Assembly: GCA_040954595.2 (NCBI GenBank)
Contig: CM082596.2
Span: 4,209,025 to 4,273,024, forward strand
Reading direction: 5' to 3'
From: Balanoglossus misakiensis
Lineage: Eukaryota; Animalia; Hemichordata
Length of the DNA stretch: 64,000 nucleotides
Every line of letters begins with the position of its first letter. Position 1 is the stretch's first letter. The notes under the pieces are model-generated. The model worked only from the letters and a program-made list of their open reading frames with translations. It did no database searches and was not told the origin of the DNA. Shown here in pieces: positions 26,401 to 41,093 of this stretch. A program made the position numbers and the translations under genes.

Positions 26401-29400
26401 GAGTTGCACCATCTGGGTTGCACATTACCCTGGTGCGTCGAGACAAAAACGTTTAGTCATCAGTATTACGTCACGTGGAAATATGCAAACTTGTGAAAAG
26501 TTCAGCTGCTGTTTTTAGAATTACTGCTTTTGCTGGACAGTATTCACTGCAGGCAAATGTAAGCTTAAATCGAAATATGAGCTTAGATCACCGGGAACCC
26601 TTTTTGCAGACTGATACAGGGTATTTAAAAAAGAATATCCTCGAGGGCACGGCTTTTTCAATTTTGTAATAATTATGCCATTTCCCCACTCTTCGATTTA
26701 ATACGCTGATAATATGTTGAATTCTGTGTGAACAGCTGCGACTAAATACTGGCACTCTTTCAACACGATAAAACGGCGCCCCAGAGAAAAAAACATAATG
26801 AAACTTAACGATGGCTGCAATGCGAGTCAGTATTCACAAGTCTTAGTGGAGAAAAATAAAATTCTGTCAATTTTATAAGTTGCAAATTACAGTGGTGTCT
26901 ACAGTGACGTGACTCTGGGCTGGGAAGCCATTTTGTCTAAACACTGAACTACGTTTCCTGGTATATGGCTGATATTTGCATATCACAAACTACTACCAGA
27001 ATATTATCGTTCGTTGGTCCCATGTGCTCTGGTCGGCGTTTCCGTAACAAGGGGTGAATTTACAAGGGTTATCCAATCGATAGCAGACTTTTTGTTTGAG
27101 CGGCCGTGGAGCATTACAGGACACGTATTAATTCCGTCATATGAAAGTCGCCGGTAAACATTTGCATTGTGCGAAATGTTGCGTAATTGCCCGAATCCAT
27201 CGATTCTGGGCAATCGATATTACATTTACATTACAATAGCGCTTGCATAAGGCACGTACTAACTCGTGAAGTCAAAACACTAAAATACAGTCAAAATATA
27301 GGTTAAGTGGTAATTTTCATACCAGTGCATAACACAACACGGTATTGGAAAAAAAAGTCACTGGGCATAGTTTTGCATTGAGTGCATTTGTAACTAAAGG
27401 TAAACCAATGTCTTGTGGGTAATATTATAATCGTGAACTTTGAAACCGCACTGTAATTTACGAATTGTGACAAGTTGAAAATTGCTGTGGTATAATGTTA
27501 GCAATCGATACTATTATGGGGAGAGCTTGGTGCAAAACAAACGGATCGCCACGTGTAGGTTCTATAAATAAAGATTGAAAGTTCTGATAAGGTGAAATGG
27601 AATCATACATGAACAGGCATGTGTTTCTAACATTGATATTTTGAGAGTGAGGGAGAAGGTGACGAGTGTGAAGGTGACGTTCGTTCGTCCATCCTTTCAT
27701 CACTCATATTCATCCTGGCAGTCTAGAACAAGATATGCCATTGACATAGAGTCAGTACGCAGAGACTAGACGTTACCAATAAATCTCCCATCTCCATCCA
27801 TAAAATTTATACTCGAACTTCATAAACACAGGTGGCCCCTACTAAAATATTAATTAAACAACAACACACCTGGAGACGAGACAAGTAAAACAGTGTCCCG
27901 CCCAGACCGTGTGTCTAGATCATATACTCATAAAATAAATTTCCCCGAAGACAGCGCTTGATAACGCTATGTTATGTTCACTTGACAAAATTTTGTCCAA
28001 ACGAGCTAGGACTCAAATAAACATCCGAGCGTCCATGCTTGTGAACTATCTCCTTTATCTCGCGTGTTCTCGCGTTGAGGCGTCAAAAGCTGAGCCAATC
28101 CCGTTAAAATTGTTCCAAAGAGCGGTTTTAACCGACCTGGAATTAGACTAATTTGACGGCAAGTATTGAATAATGTTGACCGAAGAAATTGCTTCGTCAG
28201 CTTAATTGCAAAATGTCCCCTTCGGCGTTACATTCCGTGAACAGTGAATGCGCCTCAGACGGGAGCGGTCGTAAAGTCCATAACGAGCTCTCAAATTACT
28301 CTCACCGCCGACTACTATCTCCAGTCGAGCGAGCCCAGGTCTGTCGTCGACATCTGGGCGACCTCACAACTAACGAGTGCACACCTACACTTCAATTCTA
28401 CGGACATGGGGATGTTAACATTAAATAGCACAGCTTCCGTGCAAGACACACGTCGTTAAATTCTCCATAATGGTAGTTCCACTCAAACCCTCTATCAATC
28501 AGATACAGTAAAACCCCTTTTCATGATGTGTCATTTAGACCCGAGATCTGTCACGGCGCACAGTTTAACAACAAACACCGTAATGTAATAACGAAGGAGA
28601 ACTATTTCTTGAAAGAGGTTATTCGTTTAACGTGCACTTTACTAGATATGCTATCCAATTTTGACGTGTTAGTATAACTACATCTCTCGACACACGGTGA
28701 ACGTAAATGCAAGCCATTCAATGATCAACACAATGTGTAAAGCTGAATCGGTTTTTGAAAATCTAGGCATGAAAACATGACTGACCGCTTTATCTTTGTG
28801 ACTGTGTACATCAAGGCCAAAAATAATGTGAAATACTGTAAAATTTCCGTGAAAGGACACTTAGCTTTTTCCCAGTATTTTGTTCTGTACACCAACTGCA
28901 GTTCCGGTGAAAGACGTTTCATTTCTAATTTGAGCGCATCAAGCGAGGAAGAAGATGAATGATAATCGCAAAAATCCCTTAGACTAGGCTTAGGGAAAAC
29001 CTGGAATCTGAGGATGTAGTTTTTACCAACAGATTACCAAAATCGATTTTAGCATTACACTGAAGTATTTGAAAAGATAGCAACATGCTTTAGATACTTA
29101 GTTTCCGGAAACTTAACGAGAAATTTTAAGTGTTGCTTAAATAGTCGTGTGCTAATAACTCATTATTTTTTGGAAGTGTTTTACCTAGAACTGAAGAATG
29201 AAATTCCTCTGACTTTTGTTCACTACTTACTATAAAACAACCCAATTTATCACCAAGAGACTGGATTGGAGATTATAAAAATGCAGTGTCTTATCTTGAT
29301 ACCAAGGGGACAGAGAAAAGTGCCGTTTGCAGATATTTGTAGAGGTTTGTTTATCAGTGATCTTGAGGACTTGGAAAATAGTTCAGTAGAGCCTACAGGC

Positions 29401-32400
29401 GGGTTTCCAGATTAGACATTGTTCCTTTTAAGTCTTTGTGTTTGTAGTCTCACCTGTACTGTTAATACCATAAACACATTTCACCGCGTGTCCTATATTT
29501 TCAACGTTAACGAAAGGATTTATCGGAATATGATTACAACATTGGGTATTTTGTTAACGGAACATTAAGCACAGGCATGGCCGCATATATTCCAGGAAAA
29601 CATTGCTCAAAACGCCCCTGGGCGTCATAAATATCGCTGCCAATATATCAGTGGTGCCCTTATCGGGCCATGCGTGTATGTATGTGGAATATTTGGATTC
29701 GGGTACTCTGTTTCATTATTGACGGAAGTAGATGGAATATGCAAATACGGCCGTGGGTTTTCCACTTAACAGTCGTAGCTCGCGGGAGCGCACCTCCCCA
29801 TGGGAAAAGACCACGATAAAACGTATGTGACTGTTAGGCAGAGAAGAAACTCGGATAGTCACCAGATCTGTGGTCGTGTAGGTAGTACATGACTCATTTA
29901 GGATGCTGCGTGCGTAGGCATATACATGTACGTAGTCAGGGAAACAAAAACATCGAGTGAAGCTGGAAAAATCGGCACTTCTACTGTAGTTCTGCTGCAC
30001 TTGGCTAGTCAATTAAGAATATTAGACAAAAATTATCTTCGTAGCGACATCGACACTGCGGCTGCATAGACAATTTTCCTCGGAAAGTTGGGGTACATAT
30101 ATAAACAAGTACACGTATAAAGTCTATCAATAGAAGATATTGTTTGTCGAAAGCAAATTGTTAACAACAATAAACTAAGCATGCTCTCGTTTGAGTAAAA
30201 ATGTCGGTTGAGCGATGAGAGACCAAAGAAACAAATACACCGCCCTGTACTGTGGTACCTTTTAAAACCAACAGCTAAAGTGGTATTATACGCTTTATAG
30301 TCAATAGCACTTTAATCAGTGCAGATACTTTCGGCTGAAGTGATGTATATTTAACCGTGTTTTCAGTCGAATCTCTGGGGCTTCCATCAATAAATTTACA
30401 GTGGCACAACAATGAAGTGGCTGCCTCCGTAGGTTTGATTTGGATTACCGTGTTCTTATAAATGCTTCAAAGAGTAGAAGGAAACCCATCTAGCTGGCAT
30501 ACTTATTTGTAACACTGGAGGGCTCCCCTGGGTATACTAATGCACTCTCTCGCTCCCTCAATCCTCCCCCTCCCTCTCTCCACCCTCACACCCAGGTAAT
30601 AACTGACTGACAGTGGTAAATGACAGAGTCATTGATAACATGCGAACATGATGGCATATAGGCATATGGTACATTCCTTGTCATATACATTGTGTATGTA
30701 TGGATATGACTACCTTTGTTATACATACAGGTATATGCAGCGTGTATCCACGGGTCAACACATAGTAAAATCCGGAGTCTTTCATTTCTGACAAGTAGCC
30801 ATTATTCGTCGACATAGTGGAGAGCGCTGTGAAGCGGCGCATGAAATCTTCCCCTTCGGTGATTTGATTAATTCCTCGACAGAAACACCTGCTGCAGGTT
30901 TTCGCCCACAATCAAAACGATGTGTTTTCTATAAATTCCACGACTGGTTGAGGTTGAGAGGCAGTTTTTCTGTCGCTGTGTATTACATTAATTTTTATTC
31001 TTGTGCAGAGCATTGAACATACTTTTATAATAAGGTCAGGGGTCGTTGTACACTTTTTCCCGTTATTACTACGTAACAAGTGGAAGAATTTATCGTGTAC
31101 TCTTTTTGCGAGTGTGTGTCATCGGTATTATGGACAGCATCGTTCAGTGTAAATCTTCTGTTATTTATAACTGTTAAGATGTTTTATTTATTACGAACTG
31201 TTTCTGTTTTGCCATTCGGTAGCATCATTTTGCAACAGGTGGACATTTGTATGAAGTACTCTTTCTGTTTGGCAACTGTTTTTATCATCAGTGGTATCGG
31301 TTTAGGGTCACAGATGAAACGTACTCAAGCACTGGCTACAGGCATCCAATGTATGGTTGCGGTAGATGCTTTTACGAGTTTTAAATTATAGATCTGGCTT
31401 TAAGCGCAATGTCGTCCTTTGAGATTATGACGCCACCTTTTATGCGACAAACACGTGTATCTCTCCCCCCCCCCATTAAATGTGAGATGATAGAGGTCGA
31501 ATCGTGGTAGAACCCGTTTGAAAATTAGAAATAAATCAAACAGTCTTACAATAATATCACGCCGTATTATGATACACGCATTGTTAGGGCTTCGCTAATA
31601 TTGGGTGATACCGGTGGACTGCGCGTGCGTGCTATCTGTATTGCATTATAATTTGAAAATACACTGTATAGCGAATCAACAGGTGAAATCGATGGCAACA
31701 AGTAAAGTGAAATATATGCTGCCAGGAAAATCGCGTGACTTCTGTTTAGCAATAAGCACGTGAAGTCGACAGAAAGTGGTACGTTCAAACAATTTACGTA
31801 TACACATCTATCGAACATTGGCGCCTGGACTTGCAATTTATATTCATGACCAACACGCCCGTTTCCATCCAGTCCGTTCCAATAAATTGGGTGCCACTTC
31901 TCCCCCGTTTATGGCAGTCGATGGAGGGGAAACGGCGAAATGATTGGGTTGCCGGTGCTCGTTAAATGACAAAGTTGCCACGAAAGAGCGATTTTTCAAA
32001 ATCGTCATATTACATGATCGAGTGACTTCACTTGCAAACTGGGTGAAACTCTGATATCGGTTTACTTTCCTTTATTCAACACGATAATTCCTGTGGCTAC
32101 TTCTCAGCGGATTAAGGTAGCCTGGACATATTTGTCAAGCTCAAACCTAGAGGTAACCCAGACAGACAGACAAACATCCTCGCCCCGGGTTTGAGAAAGT
32201 TGTGACCGCTCCCAGTAAATGTGTCAGACCGTCCTGCTTTTAGTGTGGTGTATAGCGAAATGCAAAGTTTACTGCGTAGGGTACCACCTGTACTCTGTAT
32301 TTTTTCCCATTGCAGTGCATTCAGACATATACCTGTTATTTCTTGGACACGTCTCAGCCACCGTCATCTATCTTATCTTTACGCTAACAATCATCCTCCA

Positions 32401-33614
32401 TTACTAAGTCATTAGGTTTGGATTAACTTTCTTATCAGTCTGGTCCACTGTCTTCCTGCTATCGTGCATACAGCCAACGGAGCAAATTTCATCCGGTTTT
32501 TATCAGAATTAAAAAACAAAAAGGTGCAGTCATGTCACTTTCACAGACTTTTGGGATTCTTCTCATTTCACGGTATTAAACACTGCTGTACAAGCAGCTT
32601 CGTTGATGAACACACAGAACGTGGCCTTATTATGAAAAAATAACAGAATTGAGGTTGCGAATTCCTCATGTCTGTGAATTCCTGGTCTTATCTGCCTTAT
32701 ATAATTAATGAGGTGATCACATTTCGCAGCGGTGAAAACAAAGAGTCAGGTACGCGCTGCCGAGCGTCCGCGTCGCAGATCAGGCGCTCGCGGTTTGTTT
32801 ACACTCTCCGCTGTTGTACTTTCCCTTTACGCTGCCAAATGAAAGCGAGAAGTTAACTGTCAAACATGCCGTTGGAATCTTCTAAACGATATTACAACGT
32901 CTGACAAGTACAATAACAATAGCAATGTTGAAGCTTGGCACCATAACAATGGTGTCTATTGTGTGGGCATTGTTTACATCGAAAGGGGGGGGGGATGCAT
33001 ACACAGGAAAGTTGCTGGACCGCATACCGCAGCTGTCGTGTACCTAACAGAACGTGATCTGCAATTTACGATTTCTTGTAATGGTGTATTGCACACGACG
33101 TGGCGGTGGGATTATGCATCCGCGTGAATGAATCTTGGTTATCGAATACATCGTTAAACAAGACATTCGCAAGTGATGTGAGATGGCAGTGCACCGTTTG
33201 AGGGATCAGCAATCTCTCACGGTCCTGCCACCAGTTGTTGCTCTGGGACGCCGGAGGACAACTAAGAGTTTCCACCACCCCAGCCCCTGTCCAGACCAGT
33301 GTAGCGTAATGCCCCAACGGCTCAGTGAAAGTGTTGGCCCGCTATCAGCGATAGACTCCCCGCGTCGACTCGCCTCTCCCGGCGCTGTCAACACGATGAC
33401 ACGGAAAGCTATCTCTAGAGGGCCGGTGTTCTGTAATGATCATTTACGACAACACCGGTTTCTTGATAAAACCTCATTACGACTGCAACACTGCCTGATT
33501 ATCAATGGGGGGACTGACGTGAAAGTGGACGGACACACGCCTTTCTGATGCTAAACAGCCAGGACAAAACACTACATTAAAAGCGATTGTGTTCAAGATC
33601 GTCAAAATGTTTAC

Positions 33615-33719
33615 CTCTTCAATCCACCAAAAGGGGAGTCCATTTCTTCCCTTTCTGCCGCGACTTTCACCTGTTTGGACGATGACATCGCCCGCTACTG
33701 CAGCGCCGGCGCTCGCCAT
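33615..33719 (-). CDS. Candidate alternative first coding exon (MASAGAAVAGDVIVQTGESRGRKGRNGLPFWWIEE)
   Basis: AGAATGG Kozak, GAG|GTAAAC phase-0 donor, TCAGT at 33789-33793, CCAAT nearby. An internal phase-1 CAG|GTGAAA is an alternative donor. Confidence 0.45.
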
Positions 33720-33986
33720 TCTTCCAGGTTTTTTAAGGATCCCAAGTTTAAGGTCTATCCAGTACACTATAGCACACGGCCAACCCTGACTGACCAGTGT
33801 TTGGGCTATGCAATTACAATACCATTAGGCCGGCAGGCCAATGATAGACCAACAGAAACAAACACAATGTAATCGCCATGGCTGTAAGCCGTTTGGATCG
33901 ATCGTGAACCGCAAATGCGATGGGAAAAAACATCCACTACACGTATTGATTTTTTAAATAAGGAATAAGGAAAACTTATGCTCTAC

Positions 33987-34184
33987 CTGATTGAGTTCGA
34001 CCTGAATAATGCCATCGCGGTTTTTGACTATGGGAGGCAAGTTTTTGTTGTTCTTCTTGGTCGTCTTCTTCTCTGTACTCCCAGTCGCTTGACCGCGTCT
34101 ACCTGCGTCCTTTTTGGCCTTGGACACCGGTGAGCTTCCACTGCTGTGTAGGCCACGTCCTCCGCTCCCTACAGCCTGATTCAT
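33987..34184 (-). CDS. Candidate first coding exon (66 aa, MNQAVGSGGRG...KKTTKKNNKNLPPIVKNRDGIIQVELNQ)
   Basis: ATCATG start, protein-like Gly/Ser/Lys-rich composition, CAG|GTAGAG phase-0 donor, CpG-rich leader and promoter-like region at 34200-35000. Confidence 0.6.
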
Positions 34185-34879
34185 GATTAAACTACACTAC
34201 AGGTTGATGTACAATCCCAACAAGGCAGTCAGTGTTTCCCCCAAAATTGTCCGCGTCCCCACTGGACGGTCGACGACGCGTTGGACACTGCTGCGTCGAG
34301 TACACAGGTATTCCTTGGCCAATAGCCACTCGGTAGGGCAGCTACTTGTAGAACTCCACAGATCCAACCGCGCCGAGCGTTCGCACAGACACACTGTAAT
34401 AAAATTATGAATAATAACTGCAGTAATAAAGGCGAGGCTTGATCAGACAACTTTACGTGCCCTGCAAGACAATTGACAGGTGATCTCTGACACTGTTGCA
34501 CTGTACAGCGTATAGCGGGCGAGGTTTGCCCCCGAAGAGTAAATACGAGACTACCGGCTTTTATTTCTAGATCACTGGCCACAATGTGTTGAATACACAA
34601 TTGTTTTTGTAGTCGTCCGGTGTTGTACGCAGATATCCCCGTGAGCTGCTTGGAGAATCACGGCCGCCCAGTCTTAAAATGCCTCGGTTGCGTAACTCGG
34701 ATCGATGTGTGGGGATTCCCGGCTCCCAGGTTGAAACCTTCCCGCTCGCGTCTATATTCTACCGATCGCTCCACACCAAACCACATCAGCGGCACGGTTT
34801 CAGAGTCAGTCCCTCTCAGTGCCCAGCAAGAAAAGCGAAAAAATTATTCCTCCAGGGAGATGTCTCTCACCAGATCCCC

Positions 34880-34893
34880 GTTGCCACGGTAAC
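34880..34893. promoter_or_regulatory. RFX X-box motif GTTGCCACGGTAAC
   Basis: Matches GTNRCC-N2-RGYAAC exactly; lies upstream (minus sense) of the 34184 exon candidate. Confidence 0.55.
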
Positions 34894-37800
34894 CGCGACA
34901 GCTACATAGCGATGATACGACGCCTCGACCTACAGGCGGCGAGCGCGGATTCTTTCATCTACGAAAGCGTTCAGTATCCAGGGAACGCGATACTTACACA
35001 CGGGCGAATGTAACACGTTGTCGAGTGGCCGCACATTTGTCAATTAGCGAAAAAAATGTCAGGATCTCTCCGTAAACAAGTCTCCCTTCGTTTCTAAATG
35101 ACACAATCGCACGGAGAAGAGAAGGAGCCATCAATGATCATGTTCTTTGCGCGTTCAAATCACGATCAGTTTTGTTGGGGTTGCGACGACATATAATGGT
35201 TAACAATATCGCGATAATTGTCCTAGAAATATTAGATTTGAATGATTATCTCCATCACACAGCTGATCTTGCGTCATGTTTTATCACGGGTGCGGGTTCT
35301 CGATTTTTAGACGTGTTGCAGATGCGCATGCATGTGTAATAAACTGTGTCGCGTATTTTTTAAATTACCGTAATCCACGATCTGGTCAACTTATTGTTGC
35401 GGCACGCAGAGAATCAATCCGTATTTCCCCCAAAAAATAAAAATCTCACGCTCGTACACGTAGTTTTCCACGAATAGAATGCTGGATAATCTTTTGTGGA
35501 ATGCCTCTAAGGCTAAACGTCCCACTCTCCCACGTCATGCGTCGTAAACCGGCCGCTGCTGTACGTAGTATGACTGTGATCGTCTGCGTTGAAAACACTA
35601 TTAACGTGCTTGGGCAGCTCTACATATCAAATGGGTATACAGTATACATTATCCGTATTAAGCCGTGTATAGCGGATTGGCGATCGGCGTTTTCCGAGCC
35701 CCGCCTCTTAGATCGACATCACTGCAAAATGAGACGTTGCCTGGTTGGACAGTTTTAAGACGCATCTAGAAAGATCATACGAGGATGTTGTGCACGTAAG
35801 TGTGTGGACAAGGCATCAAAACACGGAATACATCAGTGTATACTCAATTGGTTGACGTATATCACCGCCTCAAAGAGTTGACCCCTCTGTATACAATTGA
35901 AGTATACTATTGGCCGTCAACGTGTTTTCCCATCATTTCTGACCGGCATTGTTGTTGCAAGGACCCCGGGCCGGGAGAGTCCGAAACGCCTCCCTTGTCT
36001 AATTAATTCAATCACAGGCAAATATAAGAAAACCTGCATCTAACATCTGATATTTGACGTGAATGCGACGGGTTCTCCGGCGAAGCAACATAATCACTGG
36101 GCCACCCAGCTGACAAGCTGGCATGTCAAAACATAGGTTGGGAACCATAATTACAGTATTTCAAATATAGTATTTGAGATATCTGATAAATATACTGTTT
36201 CAGAACCTGCCGATCAACGCACACCGCGTCCCTGAGACTAGGTGATATTATCGGATTGTGATATACTTACACAAACGCCCGGAAAGTCTCGTTCGCAGAT
36301 TTGTTCTCTTGCTATCTTCGAGTAATCCCTGTCTGAGCTGTGTGTGGTGTGCGCGTCTACCCGTCAACACGAGCGCTTGTCATTGAGGTGGTTAACACTA
36401 CTACTGGTGTTAATTGATACTTGGTCCGTGCGGGTCTTTCTGTGTGTGCAAACTCGTCGTTGGAGGGTGCGACCACACCACCAGCTTGAATGAAAGCCAC
36501 GCGTTTGGATATCAACCAGGCACTCCCCCATGGCGCGTGGGCAAATGAAATCCAATAACAGTACAGTACAATGCAATGCACGAGGGCTCTGTACCGTTGA
36601 CCATTGTAGTGATGCTGCCACAGGTAAATGAGATTGTGTGTTATGGTAAAAAATGCCCAAGGTGATAAATCACCTCAGTCCCAGACGGTAAGCCCTATTA
36701 TATCTAGTCCACGTCCCAGTCGTCTCGAAACGATGAATATCACAACCGGAATCATGGCTAGCACATTGATCGCACGTTTGTATATAGGAGGTTTATTAAC
36801 GAGCCTTCCCAGCGTACTCTGAACTTATGACCAAGTGACATTAGTGTTTAAATGGACAATAACTGTATTTGAGGGTTTCTTATGACCAGGTATATAAAAG
36901 GTGAAATGACGGAGAGGTTGGATGAAGTGTAAACTATTTTTCTCAGAACTGTGCGATATGTGTCATCTGCACAGACGTGAGATAAATACCCCCCTCCCCC
37001 TTCCCCGCCAATAAGAGGTCGTGGAAGCGCCGAATGAAAGGAGTCACTCCGAATTGATCCGGTCTTTTCACGACATTACACACTTCAAACTCATCATCAC
37101 AGAGATCAGTACACGTCTTGAACGATGTGGTCCGCGACTGCTCTATCGGGGCAAAGGGGGCGCTCATTAACTCCGGAACACTGATGGGACATTGTAAGGC
37201 GATGTGTTTTCAACTTGTCAGAGAGACAGGGGGAAGGGGGAGAGAGAGATGGAGTGAGGGTCACTAGTACTTTCTAAACCTGTCCAAGGGGTGGAACCGA
37301 ATATACCCGGCATAATATAAACTTGAAAGCACGCTTCGGCGAGTAAACATGAATCTGTAGCTAACGCATGGATGGTGAAATAATCATCAAAAGTGACAGC
37401 CACTCTCCCTATAGAGTATAAAACAAACACAGATTTAACTTAGTACTGGGCAACCTTGACGCCAATAACTGGTATATTCATCCTGAAATTGAAGTGAAAT
37501 TTCCACTGATATGTTCAAGGGCATCGCTTTTCAGCAAAAATCGAATTACCGTCGCGCGGAAGTATTTTTGAACTGGACTTCGATTTGATATCTCCTGGGT
37601 GGAGCAGTTCCTCTTAATGCATTCACTGCCCCTGACGTAAACTGAAATTGACTTTCCGGTCATTCCCGAATATTAATGTCATTTCATACTAATTAGTTTT
37701 AATGCATGTTGATAAGATATTTACTTTGGTGAAGTACTTAGTAGTCAAAGTCATGAATAATCATGCACGTCTTATAATTATATCCCGAAATAAATATCCA

Positions 37801-38680
37801 ATCCTCTGTAGCCAAGGCACATGCACACTGTGTGTGGTTCTCATGGCTCCAGTATGTACCCTCCGGCTTATCAACGACGAAACCAGCATCTTTTTTGGAC
37901 ATTGAGAAGCCGCACGATTCTATCACATATATCAGTCGCCATGTGGGTCTTTCTGCTCTGCAAGATCCACCGGTATCACCTTACATCATCGGTTTCTAGG
38001 GACCGAAATCAACTCGCCGAGATATCCAGTAAAATATGGCGTAATCTTATTGAATCGCTGACAACGACCAATCGCAGATTGTCATCGATGTGTGATCATT
38101 TAAACGCTCAAAAAACTTTTGATTTGTTATAGACAAAACTGTAAACATAATTAATCAATGACAAGTGAGGTCATCGATTCCTACGAGCAGTGATACAAAG
38201 ATACCTTCTAATTATACTCTAATTATACGTTACAATTTTATTCGCACGCGCGTCCGCCACGATATGCAGTTTGCGTTCAGAAACGGTGTGGACTCATTGA
38301 TATTGCACTGATGCTTCTGTCAGTGGCGATGCATCACTTTTCCCCGGGAGTTGTATAAACCGTCTAAATTGCATTTAGCTGCGATGGGCGAATAATTGGC
38401 TGGGTTCCGGGAACCTGATTGTAACAGCTGCGAGTAAATAGTGAAGGATGGTGGGAGGAGGGGGGGGGGGCTGTCTGATCGGACTTGTCCGGAAATCGGA
38501 CCATTTGGCAGGTGGGCACAAGGCCAGACTCCGGCCGCACACGGATGCGACAATTGCTTTGATTGGTTGGTTAATCGACCTGTCTTTAATATTAGTTAGC
38601 CTCCTTCTTCAAGACACGAAAGTCATTTCCAGTGATTGTGCACGTTTGAACAGCTCCCCCGGCTCTTCAATAAATCTTAC

Positions 38681-38743
38681 AGCGACGTCGTCCGATAGCC
38701 ATTCATCATCCGGGTATGGGCTACTCGTAATTCCCACAGCCAT
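38681..38743 (-). CDS. Candidate alternative first coding exon (MAVGITSSPYPDDEWLSDDVA)
   Basis: GGCATGG Kozak, GCT|GTAAGA phase-0 donor, TTAGT initiator-like motif at 38789-38793. Confidence 0.4.
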
Positions 38744-40789
38744 GCCAAGAAATGCAAAGCTGTGTATATAGCCATCAGCAAATTCACTACTAACGCACCT
38801 ACGTGGAGCGGGAATACCAATGGTGATTAATACAAATTACATGTAGTCAACGATAAATATATATTACTAGAACAGCAGTACCCCCAGGCCTGTAAAATGC
38901 AATCACTGTGTCCTGAGCTGTAACTGTGTTTTGTCTGTCTGTCTGTCTCTGTCTCTCATTTCTATCCCAGCCCCCTTTCTCCGTCGGCGCCATTTCCAGA
39001 AAAAGAAGCATTTTTGTAATCATCAGTTTTGTATTAATTCATAAAGCATATTATCTTCCGCCTTCGAAACGCGTATTCACCAGTGTGGTCGATCGCTGTT
39101 ACTCATACGACTTGTATTATTGTGTACCAAATATATTATCCCTAGCAGAAAGTGTAGGGGATTAAAGAGATATTAAATATGATGTATGAGTTTTGGTGGT
39201 TGACGGCAGCTTAACGATAGATAATAGATAATAGCAGTATTGTCATTAATCATGTTATATGTCACTTATATTCAGTGATTCGATGCCGCAGCAAATTTAG
39301 GGACCCTGTGACATCATTAAGCGCTGAAGCTCATCAAGTACACGAGATCAGCTTAATTTTCACAGCTAATCAATCGTTAAGCCAGGCGCCGAAGAGCCAA
39401 GTGCCACATAGATGATCATAAAATATCGCCCCTTTCCATCCGCGGTATACGGATGTTGCAAATCAACGTTGTTGCTATGACAATACTTTGGTGAAACCTG
39501 CTTTGCTAACAACACATTTGGAAATATTTTACGATGGTCCTTGTCTATAATATGCATACAATATTATGTATGCACCACTTGACCGAATGTGTTGGTGGAG
39601 TTGACCTTACAACATGGCCGCATTCCAATGAGAAAATCTCCAATAAAAGTTTAAAAAGATCATCCCTTTAATTTGAATGTTGATGATAAGGGCTCCAAAG
39701 GTGGGCGCTGCATATCAGGGGAAACATCCCTGAAGATTCAACTGTCGTGTTGCAATTTTGGGTGGATTTCGGGGAATAAAATATTGATGAAGATCATGAA
39801 TGCAATACGAGACTACAAGCAACAGAGTTAACCTATAGTCTGCATTGGTGCATGAGACACACACGTTAACGCCAGTGTGATTGTCACGTCTTCAAAGAGA
39901 GATGTTCAAAATTCCGTTGGCATTTCGAAAGCTAGATCAAAGACCATGCAGCAAAATGTAAATCGGACAATAAACATGAGTAGTATGGAAAGCTATGTAC
40001 CACACATATGTACGTGTAGTTTGATATGATCTTTGCTGCTGCGATGCCCAGGCTCTTGAAGCCGGAATCAGTGTCGCGGGCTAATTCATCCGCGCCATCT
40101 TCTAGGAGAAAAGGATATGAGCGCACAGCAAATCCTCGCTGCGTGCATTGATAGAAATCAGGGGAATTGTTTAAGAGATTATGGGCAGCGCTCTGCAAGA
40201 TGAGAGAAGGTGGTACTGATAATGGTGCCAAGTTTGGACAGCTTTGAAAGCGGAGAACACGCTTTTTGCAATGCTTATCGGCGGAAGTCTGTATCTACCT
40301 GTGAGGAATAGAAATGACTTTGATGCGGGGTTTCAACGAGAGAGAAAATATAGTGTTGTTTTGTCGCCGTTCCTGATATTAGAACTTGGATAAATTAAGC
40401 TTTAGTTCAGGCTTTTGGTACCAAATAAACTCTGTGTTTGCCGACTTTGGTCACTGTGATAGCAAACGTGATGATACCGGCAAAATTCTGCGATGACGCA
40501 GCAGTGTACGTGTGTCCCCGACGTGTGAGATCACATGACACATTGACCTCTGAACTTGTACTAATAGCAAACAGCAGGCTGTTCTTATGTTACTCCCTCC
40601 GAATGTAGAATAACAAAATAACCCTATGAAAATATTGACGCCATATCCTTGGATTCCTTGGTGTAGAAATGTACGCGTACATTTTTTCATTTAATTGACC
40701 CAATCTGTGTGGTTGAATTTGATGAATTGTGCGCAATAATTGCGAATAAATGAGCTGTCGCTATCGACATAAGAGGGAGTAAAGGCAGA

Positions 40790-40857
40790 CGCCATTTTGA
40801 CTGCCAGGGATTCCCCGCATACGTACGTACAGCCACCGTTTCTGGAAAGAACAGGAA
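40790..40857 (+). other. TMBIM6: Putative non-coding exon 1 (5' UTR) of TMBIM6; start approximate
   Basis: AA|GTAAGT donor at 40858 and a polypyrimidine/TTACAG acceptor ending at 40948 define a 91-nt intron ahead of the ATG exon. A YY1-type CGCCATTTT lies at 40790-40798. Confidence 0.7.
40807..40816 (+). promoter_or_regulatory. NF-kB-type site GGGATTCCCC in TMBIM6 exon 1
   Basis: Matches GGGRNWYYCC; motif evidence only. Confidence 0.3.
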
Positions 40858-41031
40858 GTAAGTAAAAGTCGACGTGTACATAGTTATGTGACTCACTCCT
40901 TACGTTTAACAAAACACACCAGTTTATCTTATTTCATTTTCGTTACAGAGGAAGAACTGAAAACAGAGTGACAGGCAAATTCCCGTCGGTCAACCTGTGT
41001 TACGGAAGCGAGAGAAACGTAAACAATCAAT

Positions 41032-41093
41032 ATGGACGCCCTGTTTGGGAAGAGAAATATTAAGATGTCTACACTGACGGACTTTTCTCAGCT
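41032..41093 (+). CDS. TMBIM6: TMBIM6 coding exon 1 (exon starts at 40949; [21 protein letters not shown])
   Basis: AATATGG Kozak context, BI-1-like N-terminus, CT|GTAAGT phase-2 donor that matches the next exon. Confidence 0.9.

Noticed and set aside
1-40000. Naming the minus-strand gene (e.g. CACNB, PDE4 or FMNL by architecture or human synteny)
   Set aside because: No conserved domain is inside the window and none of the peptides matches a family I recognise.
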